In this document: piece by piece, positions 7,093-15,966 of the stretch | Layout of the letters: every line of letters starts with the position of its first letter | Numbering within the stretch: position 1 is the stretch's first letter | UHGV virus genome: UHGV-1364111 | Strand: one strand, 5' to 3' | DNA: 40,203 bases | Origin: a virus | The notes under the pieces: model-generated | The model's database searches: none | The model's input: only the letters and a program-made list of their open reading frames with translations | What the model was told of the DNA's origin: nothing | Translations under genes and position numbers: made by a program

Positions 7093-8763
7093 ATGGTGGA
7101 AACCGAAAAAGAGCGGCTGCTGAAGCAGCTTGCACAGCTGAAGAGTGAGCGCACATCGTTTGAGCCGCACTGGCGCGACCTGAGCGACTTTATCAATCCG
7201 CGCGGTTCCCGATTCCTGCCGTCTGACGTTAACCGTGACGATCGCCGCAACACCAAGATTGTTGACCCTACCGGCTCACTCGCTCAGCGCATTCTCGCCA
7301 GCGGCATGATGTCCGGCATCACCAGTCCGGCCCGTCCGTGGTTCAAACTGGCAACGCCTGACCCTGACATGATGGATTACGGCCCTGTGAAGGTCTGGCT
7401 GGAAGTCGTGCAGCGCCGCATGAACGAAGTGTTCAACAAGTCGAACCTTTACCAGTCTCTTCCTGTGATGTACGCCAGTCTGGGTACTTTCGGTACCGCC
7501 GCTATGGCTGTGCTGGAAGATGACCAGGACGTGATCCGCACAATGCCTTTCCCGATTGGCAGCTACTACCTGGCGAACAGCCCGCGCGGCAGTGTCGATA
7601 CCTCTTTCCGCCAGTTCTCCATGACCGTGCGTCAACTGGTGCAGGAGTTTGGTCTGGACAACGTGAGCACATCCGTTAAGGGCATGTGGAAAAACGGCAC
7701 GTATGAAGCGTGGATCGAGGTTAACCACTGCATCACGCCAAACATCAACCGCGACAGCGGAAAGATGGATAGTAAGAACAAGCCGTTCCGCTCTGTGTAC
7801 TTCGAGACCGGTGGCGACTCCGACAAGCTGCTGCGTGAATCTGGTTTCGACGAATTCCCGATCCTGGCTCCGCGCTGGGAAGTTAACGGCGAAGACGTTT
7901 ATGCGTCCTCCTGCCCTGGCATGCTGGCGCTGGGCCAGGTTAAAGCGCTTCAGGTTGAGCAGAAACGTAAAGCTCAGCTGATCGACAAGGCCACTAACCC
8001 GCCGATGGTCGCGCCGACGTCGCTGAAGAATCAGCGAGTCTCCCTGCTACCTGGTGACGTGACCTATCTCGACGTGCTGAGCGGTCAGGACGGTTTCAAG
8101 CCTGCTTACCTGGTCAACCCGAATACTGCAGATCTGCTGGCTGATATTCAGGACACCCGGCAGACCATCAACAGCGCCTACTTTGTCGACCTCTTCATGA
8201 TGCTGCAGAACATCAACACCCGCTCTATGCCGGTGGAAGCAGTGATCGAGATGAAGGAAGAAAAGCTGCTGATGCTTGGCCCGGTACTGGAACGCCTGAA
8301 CGACGAGGCTCTCAACCCGCTTATCGACCGCGTGTTCTCCATCATGGCGCGCAAGAACATGCTTCCTCCTCCGCCGGACGTTATGCAGGGAATGCCACTG
8401 CGCATCGAGTACATCTCCGTTATGGCGCAGGCGCAGAAATCTATCGGCCTCACCAGCCTGTCGCAGACCGTTGGCTTTATCGGCCAACTCGCACAGTTCA
8501 AACCTGAAGCGCTCGACAAGCTCGATGTGGATCAGGCTATCGACGCGTTCTCTGAAATGTCCGGCGTATCGCCAACCGTCATCGTTCCTCAGGAGCAGGT
8601 GCAGGGTATTCGCCAGGACAGAGCCAAACAGCAGCAGGCAGCTCAGGCAATGGCTATGGGTCAGGCCGCGGCGCAGGGGGCGAAAACGCTCAGCGAGACT
8701 CAGACCGCAGACCCTAGCGCACTGACTGCCATCACCAACGCAGCAGGAGCGCCGCAGCAATGA
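7093..8763 (+). CDS. portal (head-to-tail connector) protein, T7 gp8-like
   Basis: 556 aa. C-terminal Gln/Ala-rich tail ...RAKQQQAAQAMAMGQAAAQGAK resembles the T7 gp8 C-terminus (QQKMAQQSMQMGMDNGAAALAQG). Position between terminase and scaffold. Confidence 0.75.
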   Translation: MVETEKERLLKQLAQLKSERTSFEPHWRDLSDFINPRGSRFLPSDVNRDDRRNTKIVDPTGSLAQRILASGMMSGITSPARPWFKLATPDPDMMDYGPVKVWLEVVQRRMNEVFNKSNLYQSLPVMYASLGTFGTAAMAVLEDDQDVIRTMPFPIGSYYLANSPRGSVDTSFRQFSMTVRQLVQEFGLDNVSTSVKGMWKNGTYEAWIEVNHCITPNINRDSGKMDSKNKPFRSVYFETGGDSDKLLRESGFDEFPILAPRWEVNGEDVYASSCPGMLALGQVKALQVEQKRKAQLIDKATNPPMVAPTSLKNQRVSLLPGDVTYLDVLSGQDGFKPAYLVNPNTADLLADIQDTRQTINSAYFVDLFMMLQNINTRSMPVEAVIEMKEEKLLMLGPVLERLNDEALNPLIDRVFSIMARKNMLPPPPDVMQGMPLRIEYISVMAQAQKSIGLTSLSQTVGFIGQLAQFKPEALDKLDVDQAIDAFSEMSGVSPTVIVPQEQVQGIRQDRAKQQQAAQAMAMGQAAAQGAKTLSETQTADPSALTAITNAAGAPQQ

Positions 8764-9056
8764 CGGATTTCGACGAAGAGGAGCTGCGCATTCAGAACGA
8801 GCGTAAGAAGCACGATCTGGAGCAGCGCGAAAAGGACGACATCAAGTTCGTCATGGATAGCGAGCAGGGCCGCCGCGTCGTCTGGGGGCTGCTGGAGAAA
8901 GGTCAGGTGTTCAGTACCTGCTTCAACGTGGACCCGAACATCACCGCATTCAACGAAGGGCAGCGCAACCTGGCTCTGGTTCTGTTTCAGCGCGTCATGA
9001 CGCACTGCCCCGATCAGTATCTGAAGATGGCCGCAGAGGCCAGTGAACAGGAGTAA
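8760..9056 (+). CDS. hypothetical acidic protein (98 aa)
   Basis: ATGA-coupled to portal. Sits between portal and scaffold. Confidence 0.45.
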   Translation: MTDFDEEELRIQNERKKHDLEQREKDDIKFVMDSEQGRRVVWGLLEKGQVFSTCFNVDPNITAFNEGQRNLALVLFQRVMTHCPDQYLKMAAEASEQE

Positions 9057-9058
9057 CC

Positions 9059-9769
9059 ATGAATTTATTTGATCGTTTGCTGCATCGCCGTCTTTGCAAT
9101 GAACAACCTGCTGATGGTGGCGCTGCACCGGCACCATCTGACCCAGCCGCACCTGCTACCGATGCTGCTGCGCCTGCTGCTGACCCGGCTAAACCAGAAG
9201 GCGATAAGCCACAGCCTGGCACTGAAGGTGAAAAGCCTCAGGACGACAAGCCTGCCGATGGTGATAAGCCAGCAGACAAGTCTGACGACAAAGAGCAGAA
9301 GCCAGAAGGCGCGCCGGAAAAATACGAGTTCAAGCCTGCTGAAGGTCAGGAGCTTGATACTGCAGCGCTGGAGCAATTCGAGCCTATCGCGCGTGAGCTG
9401 AACCTGACTAATGAACAGGCTCAGAAGATGGTCGACCTGTACGGCACGAAGATCATGCCAATGGTGCAGAAGCAGCAGGCGGAAGCCTGGCAGAAAACCA
9501 CTGAGCAGTGGGCTGCTGATGTGAAGGCTGACAAGGAGATCGGCGGCGACAAGTTGACCGCGAACCTCAGTGCTGCGCAGCGTGCACTGGAACAATTCGG
9601 CGATCCAGAACTGAAAGAATACCTGGATTCAACCGGTCTTGGTAATCACCCGGCGCTTGTTAAAGCGTTTATCAAAGTCGGCAAGGCAATGTCAGAAGAC
9701 AAGGTTGTCACCGGCGGTCATGAAAGCGGCGGCAGTGACCTTATCTCCGCCTTCTATCCTAAAAAGTGA
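9059..9769 (+). CDS. scaffolding protein
   Basis: 236 aa. N-terminal Pro/Ala/Asp/Lys low-complexity repeats (DKPADGDKPADKSDDKEQKPEG), then a helical region. Located between portal and major capsid. Confidence 0.55.
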   Translation: MNLFDRLLHRRLCNEQPADGGAAPAPSDPAAPATDAAAPAADPAKPEGDKPQPGTEGEKPQDDKPADGDKPADKSDDKEQKPEGAPEKYEFKPAEGQELDTAALEQFEPIARELNLTNEQAQKMVDLYGTKIMPMVQKQQAEAWQKTTEQWAADVKADKEIGGDKLTANLSAAQRALEQFGDPELKEYLDSTGLGNHPALVKAFIKVGKAMSEDKVVTGGHESGGSDLISAFYPKK

Positions 9770-9779
9770 GGTATGAAAA

Positions 9780-10787
9780 ATGGCTTTAATCGGTCAAACT
9801 CTGCCATCGTTGCTTGACATCTACAATCGTACTGACAAGAACGGGCGAATCGCGCGCATCGTGGAGCAGTTGGCGAAAACCAACGACATCCTGACCGATG
9901 CGATCTATGTGCCGTGTAACGACGGCTCAAAGCACAAAACCACCATCCGCGCAGGTATTCCTGAACCGGTATGGCGCCGCTATAACCAGGGCGTTCAGCC
10001 AACCAAAACCCAGACCGTGCCAGTGACCGATACCACCGGTATGTTGTACGACCTGGGCTTCGTTGATAAGGCTCTGGCGGACCGTTCCAACAACGCCGAC
10101 GCGTTCCGTGTTTCCGAAAACATGGGCAAGCTCCAGGGTTTCAACAACAAAGTCTCCCGCTATGCCATCTACGGCAACACTGATGCTGAGCCTGAAGCTT
10201 TCATGGGCCTGGCGCCGCGCTTCAACACGCTTAGCACCAGTAAAGCCGCAAGCGCAGAAAACGTATTCAGCGCCGGTGGTAGCGGCTCTACAAATACCTC
10301 TATCTGGTTTATGTCATGGGGTGAGAACACTGCTCACATGATCTATCCGGAAGGCATGGTCGCTGGTTTCCAGCATGAAGACCTTGGTGACGACCTGGTA
10401 AGTGACGGTAATGGCGGCCAGTTCCGTGCGTATCGTGACGAATTCAAGTGGGATCTTGGTCTGAGCGTGCGTGACTGGCGTTCAATTTCCCGCATCTGCA
10501 ACATCGATGTGACCACGCTGACCAAAGACGCATCAACTGGTGCTGACCTGATCAGCATGATGGTTGATGCATATTATGCCCGCGACGTGGCGATGCTGGG
10601 TGATGGCAAAGAAGTTATCTATGCCAACAAAACCATCCACGCATGGCTGCACAAACAGGCTATGAATGCCAAAAACGTAAACCTTACCATCGAAGAGTAC
10701 GGCGGTAAGAAGATCGTTTCCTTCCTGGGCATTCCTATCCGTCGTGTGGATGCAATCCTCAACACTGAATCTGCCGTAACGGCGTAA
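9780..10787 (+). CDS. major capsid protein
   Basis: 335-aa ORF with a strong RBS (GAGGT), immediately after scaffold. Followed by a small decoration-like gene and a strong terminator. Confidence 0.7.
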   Translation: MALIGQTLPSLLDIYNRTDKNGRIARIVEQLAKTNDILTDAIYVPCNDGSKHKTTIRAGIPEPVWRRYNQGVQPTKTQTVPVTDTTGMLYDLGFVDKALADRSNNADAFRVSENMGKLQGFNNKVSRYAIYGNTDAEPEAFMGLAPRFNTLSTSKAASAENVFSAGGSGSTNTSIWFMSWGENTAHMIYPEGMVAGFQHEDLGDDLVSDGNGGQFRAYRDEFKWDLGLSVRDWRSISRICNIDVTTLTKDASTGADLISMMVDAYYARDVAMLGDGKEVIYANKTIHAWLHKQAMNAKNVNLTIEEYGGKKIVSFLGIPIRRVDAILNTESAVTA

Positions 10788-10799
10788 GGAGAGAGAATC

Positions 10800-11192
10800 A
10801 TGTTGCTTGATCAACAGGCTTTGTTCTCCGCGGCTCAGGCCATTACGGCCACCGCGGCATCAACCAACGTTATTGACACCGGCTCCAGTAAGGATGTCGG
10901 TAAATATGGCGATATCCCGCTGCTGATTCAGGTTGTTGAGGCATTCAACACTCTGACCAGCCTGACCGTAACGGTGCAGACTGATGACAACTCGTCTTTC
11001 AGCTCTGCAACAGATGTGATCTCCATGGTCATTCCTCTGGCATCCCTGACCGTTGGTTACAAAACGCCGGTCATCACGCTGCCGATGAAGCTGGAGCGCT
11101 ACATCCGACTTAACTACACCGTCACCGGTACCGCGCCGACCACTGGCAAAGTAACCGCTGGCATTGTTGGCGGGGTGCAGACCAATGTCTAA
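10800..11192 (+). CDS. virion structural protein (possible capsid decoration)
   Basis: 130 aa, Thr/Val-rich beta-type composition. RBS AAGGAGAGAG. Confidence 0.4.
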   Translation: MLLDQQALFSAAQAITATAASTNVIDTGSSKDVGKYGDIPLLIQVVEAFNTLTSLTVTVQTDDNSSFSSATDVISMVIPLASLTVGYKTPVITLPMKLERYIRLNYTVTGTAPTTGKVTAGIVGGVQTNV

Positions 11193-11469
11193 ATATCGCG
11201 TCAAAGAGCGCTCTTTCATTAACGGCAAGCTCTGCGAGCCTGGCGATATTGTGGAGTTTTCCGGGGAGGCTGGCAAAAACCTGATCCCTCATAACGACGG
11301 TGATGTCGTGGTGAAGGAAGACACTCTGCCAACCAATGAAGAGCTTCAGGAACTGGACCAACTTCGTACCATTTACGAAGAGATGTTCGGCGAAGCTCCG
11401 CATAAAAACACCAGCGCAAAAACTCTCAAAGAGAAGATTGACGCCCGGCGTAAAGAACTGGGCGTGTAA
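11185..11469 (+). CDS. hypothetical protein (94 aa)
   Basis: ATG at 11185 (MSKYRVKERSF...) overlapping the end of the previous gene. Followed by a terminator. Confidence 0.4.
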   Translation: MSKYRVKERSFINGKLCEPGDIVEFSGEAGKNLIPHNDGDVVVKEDTLPTNEELQELDQLRTIYEEMFGEAPHKNTSAKTLKEKIDARRKELGV

Positions 11470-11492
11470 GCGCTCAATAAAGTGCTAAAAGC

Positions 11493-11517
11493 CGGGGCCA
11501 TTCGGCCCCGCTTTTCT
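11493..11517 (+). terminator. rho-independent terminator after the capsid gene block
   Basis: CGGGGCC-attc-GGCCCCG stem followed by CTTTTCT. Confidence 0.7.
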
Positions 11518-11533
11518 ATGCGGAGACCTGAGA

Positions 11534-11869
11534 ATGAAAACTGTAAACATGAAAACAGGCACCGACTCATTTGTTGGTGAAGATGGAAAACCAGAAACCA
11601 AAGATCAGTATCCGTGGGGTCTGCGCATCACGCTGGATAACGAATCTCTGCAACGTCTCGGCCTGAATGCAAAATCACTGCCAGCGGTAGGTGATAGCGT
11701 TTCAGTTATGGCAATGGCTAACGTATGTTCTGTGTCTACCCGCACCACAGATCACGGTGAAGACAACTATGTTGAGCTGCAGATCACCGATATTGGCCTG
11801 GCTCCACAGAAACGTGATGATGCCAAAGAGCTGAAAGATGCTTTCTACCCAGGCGGGGAGGATGATTAA
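11534..11869 (+). CDS. hypothetical virion protein (111 aa)
   Basis: RBS GGAGA. Acidic. No recognisable motif. Confidence 0.4.
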   Translation: MKTVNMKTGTDSFVGEDGKPETKDQYPWGLRITLDNESLQRLGLNAKSLPAVGDSVSVMAMANVCSVSTRTTDHGEDNYVELQITDIGLAPQKRDDAKELKDAFYPGGEDD

Positions 11870-12474
11870 TGGCCTCCGTTATCGAGATCTGCAACCGCGC
11901 GCTGAGCAATATCGGGAACAGCCGCAGCATTAACAGCCTGACCGAGGCCAGCAAAGAAGCCGGTCAATGCTCCCTGCATTTCGATTCCTGCCGCGATGCC
12001 GCCCTGGCTGACTTCGACTGGAACTTTGCCACCAAACGCCTGGCGCTAGCCGACACCAACAATCCGCCGCCGGACTGGGCTTATTCCTACCAGTATCCGA
12101 CTGACTGCCTGCGCATCACCGAAATTATGGTGCCCGGCATCCGCAACCCTACGGCCGCCATGCGCATCAACTATGAGGTTGGGGCAGATACAGACGGTAC
12201 CGGAAAGCTGATCTACACCGACCAGCCTGCCGCATGGCTGAAGTACATCGCACGCGTCACCGACGTGAACATGTTCGATGCCATCTTCATGGAAGCGCTG
12301 TCCTGGCGCCTGGCGGCCGCCATCAACATGCCGCTTACCGGCAGCGCAGATCTCGGTAACAACGCACTGACTATGTACCGCAGCGTAATACTGAGCGCTG
12401 GCTCGCACAGCCAGAACGAATCTCAGGAGCCGCAGCCGCCAGTCGATGAGTTCACCGCAGCGAGGATGTCATAA
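11869..12474 (+). CDS. tail tubular protein A-like (T7 gp11-like adaptor)
   Basis: 201 aa. N-terminal ICNRALSNIGNSRSINSLTE...DFDWNF pattern parallels the T7 gp11 N-terminus (DILASIGEPPVSTLEGD...RGWTFN). Followed by an 825-aa gp12-like gene. Confidence 0.5.
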   Translation: MASVIEICNRALSNIGNSRSINSLTEASKEAGQCSLHFDSCRDAALADFDWNFATKRLALADTNNPPPDWAYSYQYPTDCLRITEIMVPGIRNPTAAMRINYEVGADTDGTGKLIYTDQPAAWLKYIARVTDVNMFDAIFMEALSWRLAAAINMPLTGSADLGNNALTMYRSVILSAGSHSQNESQEPQPPVDEFTAARMS

Positions 12475-14951
12475 TGGCTTTCAGTTGGATACAGCCGAGC
12501 TTTGCCGGTGGTGAGATTGGCCCGTCACTGTACGGACGCATCGATATGTCGAAGTATCAGGTGGCGCTGCGCAAGTGCGATAACTTCATCGTGCGCCAGT
12601 ATGGCGGGGTGGAGAATCGCCCTGGCACGCGCTTCGTCGGCGAAGCCAAATACCCGACGCGCAAATGCCGCCTTATCCCTTTCCAGTTCTCGACCGTCCA
12701 GACTTATGCGCTGGAGTTCGGGCACAACTACATGCGCGTTATCAAAGATGGTGCGTATGTGCTGAACAGCAGCAATGTGATCTACGAGCTGGCTATGCCG
12801 TATGCTGAGGCCGACCTGTTTCGCATTAAATTCACGCAGAGCGCCGACGTGCTTACACTGGTTCACCCGGCCTACCCGCCGAAGGAGCTGCGCCGTTACG
12901 CGCACGACAACTGGCAGATCGTTGATGTCACCACAAAAAACGGACCGTTCGAAGATATCAACGTTGACGAGTCAGTGAAAGTATACGCCAGCGCCAGTAC
13001 CGGGACCATTACGCTGACGGCCAGCTCTGCCATCTTTGGCTCTGAGCAAGTCGGTAAGCTGTTTTATCTCGAACAGCCGGCGGTTGATTCCGTTCCCGTA
13101 TGGGAGACCAGTAAGACCACCGCTATCAACGATGTGCGCCGCGCCGACAGCAACTACTACCGTGCCAATACTTCCGGCAAGACCGGGACCTTGCGGCCGT
13201 CTCACACAGAAGGGATGTCGTGGGATGGGTGGGGCGGAACCGGTGATAGTGATACCGGAATCCAGTGGGAATACCTGCACAGCGGTTTCGGAATTGCGCG
13301 CATCACTGCGGTATCCAGCGACGGCCTGACCGCCACTGCTACGGTGGTTAGCTACATTCCGTCCCAGGTTGTCGGATCGGCGAATGGCAGCTACAAGTGG
13401 GCACGGTACGCATGGAACAGCGTCAACGGCTACCCGAGCACGGTTGTTTACTATCAGCAGCGCCTGTATTTCGCCGCGTCCACCGCGTACCCACAAACGA
13501 TCTGGGCGAGCCGGACCGGCGACTATAAAGACTTCGGCAAGAGCAACCCTATTCAGGATGACGATCGCATCATCTACACCTACGCCGGGCGACAGGTGAA
13601 TGAGATCCGCCATCTTATCGACGTCGGCAACCTGGTCGCGCTGACATCCGGCGGGGAATATACGATATCCGGAGACCAGAATAAGGTCCTCACGCCGTCG
13701 GCGTTTTCGTTCAGTTCGCAGGGTAACAACGGCTCCAGCAATGTGCCGCCGATCGCGGTGGCAAACATCGCACTGTTCATCCAGGAGAAGGGGAGTGTGG
13801 TGCGTGATCTGGCCTACTCTTTCGACGTCGACGGATACCAGGGTACTGACCTGACCATACTGGCAAACCACCTGTTCCAGAAGCGCAGCATTGTCGACTG
13901 GTCATTCTGCATCGTGCCGTACAGCAGCGCGTTCTGCATCCGAGATGACGGCAAACTTCTGGTGCTGACCTATCTGCGCGATCAGCAGGTGTTCGCCTGG
14001 GCGCCGCAGTCCAGCACCGGAAAGTACGAAAGCACCTGCTCCATCAGCGAAGGCAGCGAGGACGCTGTTTATTTCGTGGTTAACCGGACCATCAACGGAC
14101 AGACGAAACGTTATATCGAGCGCCTGTCCAGCCGCCTGTTTACCAGTGATGAAGATGCATTCTTTGTCGATTGCGGGCTGAGCTATGACGGACGAAATAC
14201 CTCAACACGTACTATGACCATCAGCGGCGGAACCGGCGACTGGAGCTATCAGGTCGACTACCCGGTGACGATAAGCGGCGGGGCGTATTTCGTTGGCACC
14301 GACGTTGGCGCGCAGATCCAGTTCCCGTACTCAGAAACGGATCCTGATACCGGCGAAGTGGTGGCGAAAGAATTGCGTGGCGACATCATCTCCGTAACGA
14401 GTAATACCGCCGTGGTTGTTCGCTTCAACCGTAACGTACCCGCGTTACTGCGCACTGCGGCCACAACTAACTGGCAGATGGCCCGCCAGACTTTCAGCGG
14501 CCTGTCACACCTCGAAGGCCAGACAGTCAACATCCTCTCCGATGCCAGCGTAGAGCCACAGAAAATCGTAACCGGTGGCGCTGTCACGCTGGAGTCACCT
14601 GGCGCGGTGGTGCATATCGGGCTGCCGATCACCGCTGAATTCGAAACGCTGGACATCAACATTAACGGGCAGGAAACGCTGCTGGATAAAAAACAGGTGA
14701 TACCCACTGTCACGATGGTGGTCAACGCCAGCCGAGGCATCTGGGCAACCACACCAGGTGGTGAGTGGTACGAGTATCCGCAGCGGGAATTCGAGTTCTA
14801 CGACGATCCGGTTGATGACGCTACCGGGAAGGTGGAAGTGAAGCTCGACAGCAACTGGGACAAGAACGGACGCGTTAAGGTGCGCCAGCTCGACCCACTG
14901 CCGCTTTCTGTTCTGGCGGTCCTGCCGCGCATGACTGTCGGGGGATTCTGA
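12474..14951 (+). CDS. tail tubular protein B-like (T7 gp12-like)
   Basis: 825 aa. N-terminus MAFSWIQPSFAGGEIGPS resembles T7 gp12 MALISQSIKNLKGGISQQP. Size and position match. Confidence 0.55.
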   Translation: MAFSWIQPSFAGGEIGPSLYGRIDMSKYQVALRKCDNFIVRQYGGVENRPGTRFVGEAKYPTRKCRLIPFQFSTVQTYALEFGHNYMRVIKDGAYVLNSSNVIYELAMPYAEADLFRIKFTQSADVLTLVHPAYPPKELRRYAHDNWQIVDVTTKNGPFEDINVDESVKVYASASTGTITLTASSAIFGSEQVGKLFYLEQPAVDSVPVWETSKTTAINDVRRADSNYYRANTSGKTGTLRPSHTEGMSWDGWGGTGDSDTGIQWEYLHSGFGIARITAVSSDGLTATATVVSYIPSQVVGSANGSYKWARYAWNSVNGYPSTVVYYQQRLYFAASTAYPQTIWASRTGDYKDFGKSNPIQDDDRIIYTYAGRQVNEIRHLIDVGNLVALTSGGEYTISGDQNKVLTPSAFSFSSQGNNGSSNVPPIAVANIALFIQEKGSVVRDLAYSFDVDGYQGTDLTILANHLFQKRSIVDWSFCIVPYSSAFCIRDDGKLLVLTYLRDQQVFAWAPQSSTGKYESTCSISEGSEDAVYFVVNRTINGQTKRYIERLSSRLFTSDEDAFFVDCGLSYDGRNTSTRTMTISGGTGDWSYQVDYPVTISGGAYFVGTDVGAQIQFPYSETDPDTGEVVAKELRGDIISVTSNTAVVVRFNRNVPALLRTAATTNWQMARQTFSGLSHLEGQTVNILSDASVEPQKIVTGGAVTLESPGAVVHIGLPITAEFETLDININGQETLLDKKQVIPTVTMVVNASRGIWATTPGGEWYEYPQREFEFYDDPVDDATGKVEVKLDSNWDKNGRVKVRQLDPLPLSVLAVLPRMTVGGF

Positions 14952-15415
14952 TGATTAAAGCTCAGATCGTACCGGCAGCCCAGGAACATATCGAAGCCAT
15001 GATCCCGCATGTCCGCCAGGCTGACGTTGATGAATTTCTGGCGACAAACGGGTGGAGCCCGCGCCGCGTGCTTGAAACTGGTCTGCGCACGTCAACTTTC
15101 GCCTGCGCCGGGCTTATCAACGGGGAGGTGGTGACCATCTTCGGCGTGGCCCCGGCATCAATGATCGGCGGCAACGGTATCCCGTGGCTGGTGGGCACCA
15201 ATGCGCTGGAGAAATACCAGCGCACTTTTCTGCGCCGCTGCGGGAAAGTGGTCAATGCAATGCTGGCTGTTTACCCGTATCTTGAAAACTATGTTGATGC
15301 CCGCAACCACACAGCGCGTATCTGGCTGCACTGGCTGGGATTCACCATTGAAGAACCACAGCCGTACGGCGCTGACGGTCTTCTGTTTCATCGCTTCCAC
15401 ATGGAGAAAAAATAA
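14951..15415 (+). CDS. virion-associated protein (154 aa)
   Basis: ATGA-coupled. Position equivalent to T7 gp13. Confidence 0.35.
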   Translation: MIKAQIVPAAQEHIEAMIPHVRQADVDEFLATNGWSPRRVLETGLRTSTFACAGLINGEVVTIFGVAPASMIGGNGIPWLVGTNALEKYQRTFLRRCGKVVNAMLAVYPYLENYVDARNHTARIWLHWLGFTIEEPQPYGADGLLFHRFHMEKK

Positions 15416-15954
15416 TGTGCGAACCCACCACAATCTTAGCCGGTGCGACGCTCGCAGCAGGCGCGCTGTCAGCCTACAACCAGTATGAGGCAGGGAAATA
15501 TTCTGCCGCTGTTGCTGAGCAGAATGCGGATGTGGCAGAGGCTCAGGCGCAGGACTCGATTAACCGTGGCAATGCCCAGGCCGAGGAAGTGCGCCGCCGC
15601 AATCGCCAGGCAGCAGGCACCCAGGCGGCAACAATGGGTGCCACCGGCGCTGACCTCTCAACCGGTAACGCTCTGGATATCTTCGGAGATACCGCTCAAT
15701 TCGGCACGCTGGATGCCCTGACGACCGTTAACAACGCCCAGCGCGAGGCTTACGGCTATCAGGTGCAGTCTGCAAACTATGACGCCCAGGCGGTATCCGC
15801 GCGTAAACAGGGGAATATGGGGGCGATGACAACGCTGCTCACAACACCGCTACAGGCTTACGGAGCTTATCAAATGGCTGGCGGGACGTGGTCGCCATTC
15901 TCCCAGAAGGCCGCACCTATCAGCGCCGCCGTCGGCACGCCAACCGGTCGATAA
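15415..15954 (+). CDS. internal virion protein (gp14-like) with N-terminal TM segment
   Basis: 179 aa, hydrophobic N-terminus TTILAGATLAAGALSAY, Ala/Gln-rich. Confidence 0.45.
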   Translation: MCEPTTILAGATLAAGALSAYNQYEAGKYSAAVAEQNADVAEAQAQDSINRGNAQAEEVRRRNRQAAGTQAATMGATGADLSTGNALDIFGDTAQFGTLDALTTVNNAQREAYGYQVQSANYDAQAVSARKQGNMGAMTTLLTTPLQAYGAYQMAGGTWSPFSQKAAPISAAVGTPTGR

Positions 15955-15966
15955 GGAGATATCGAA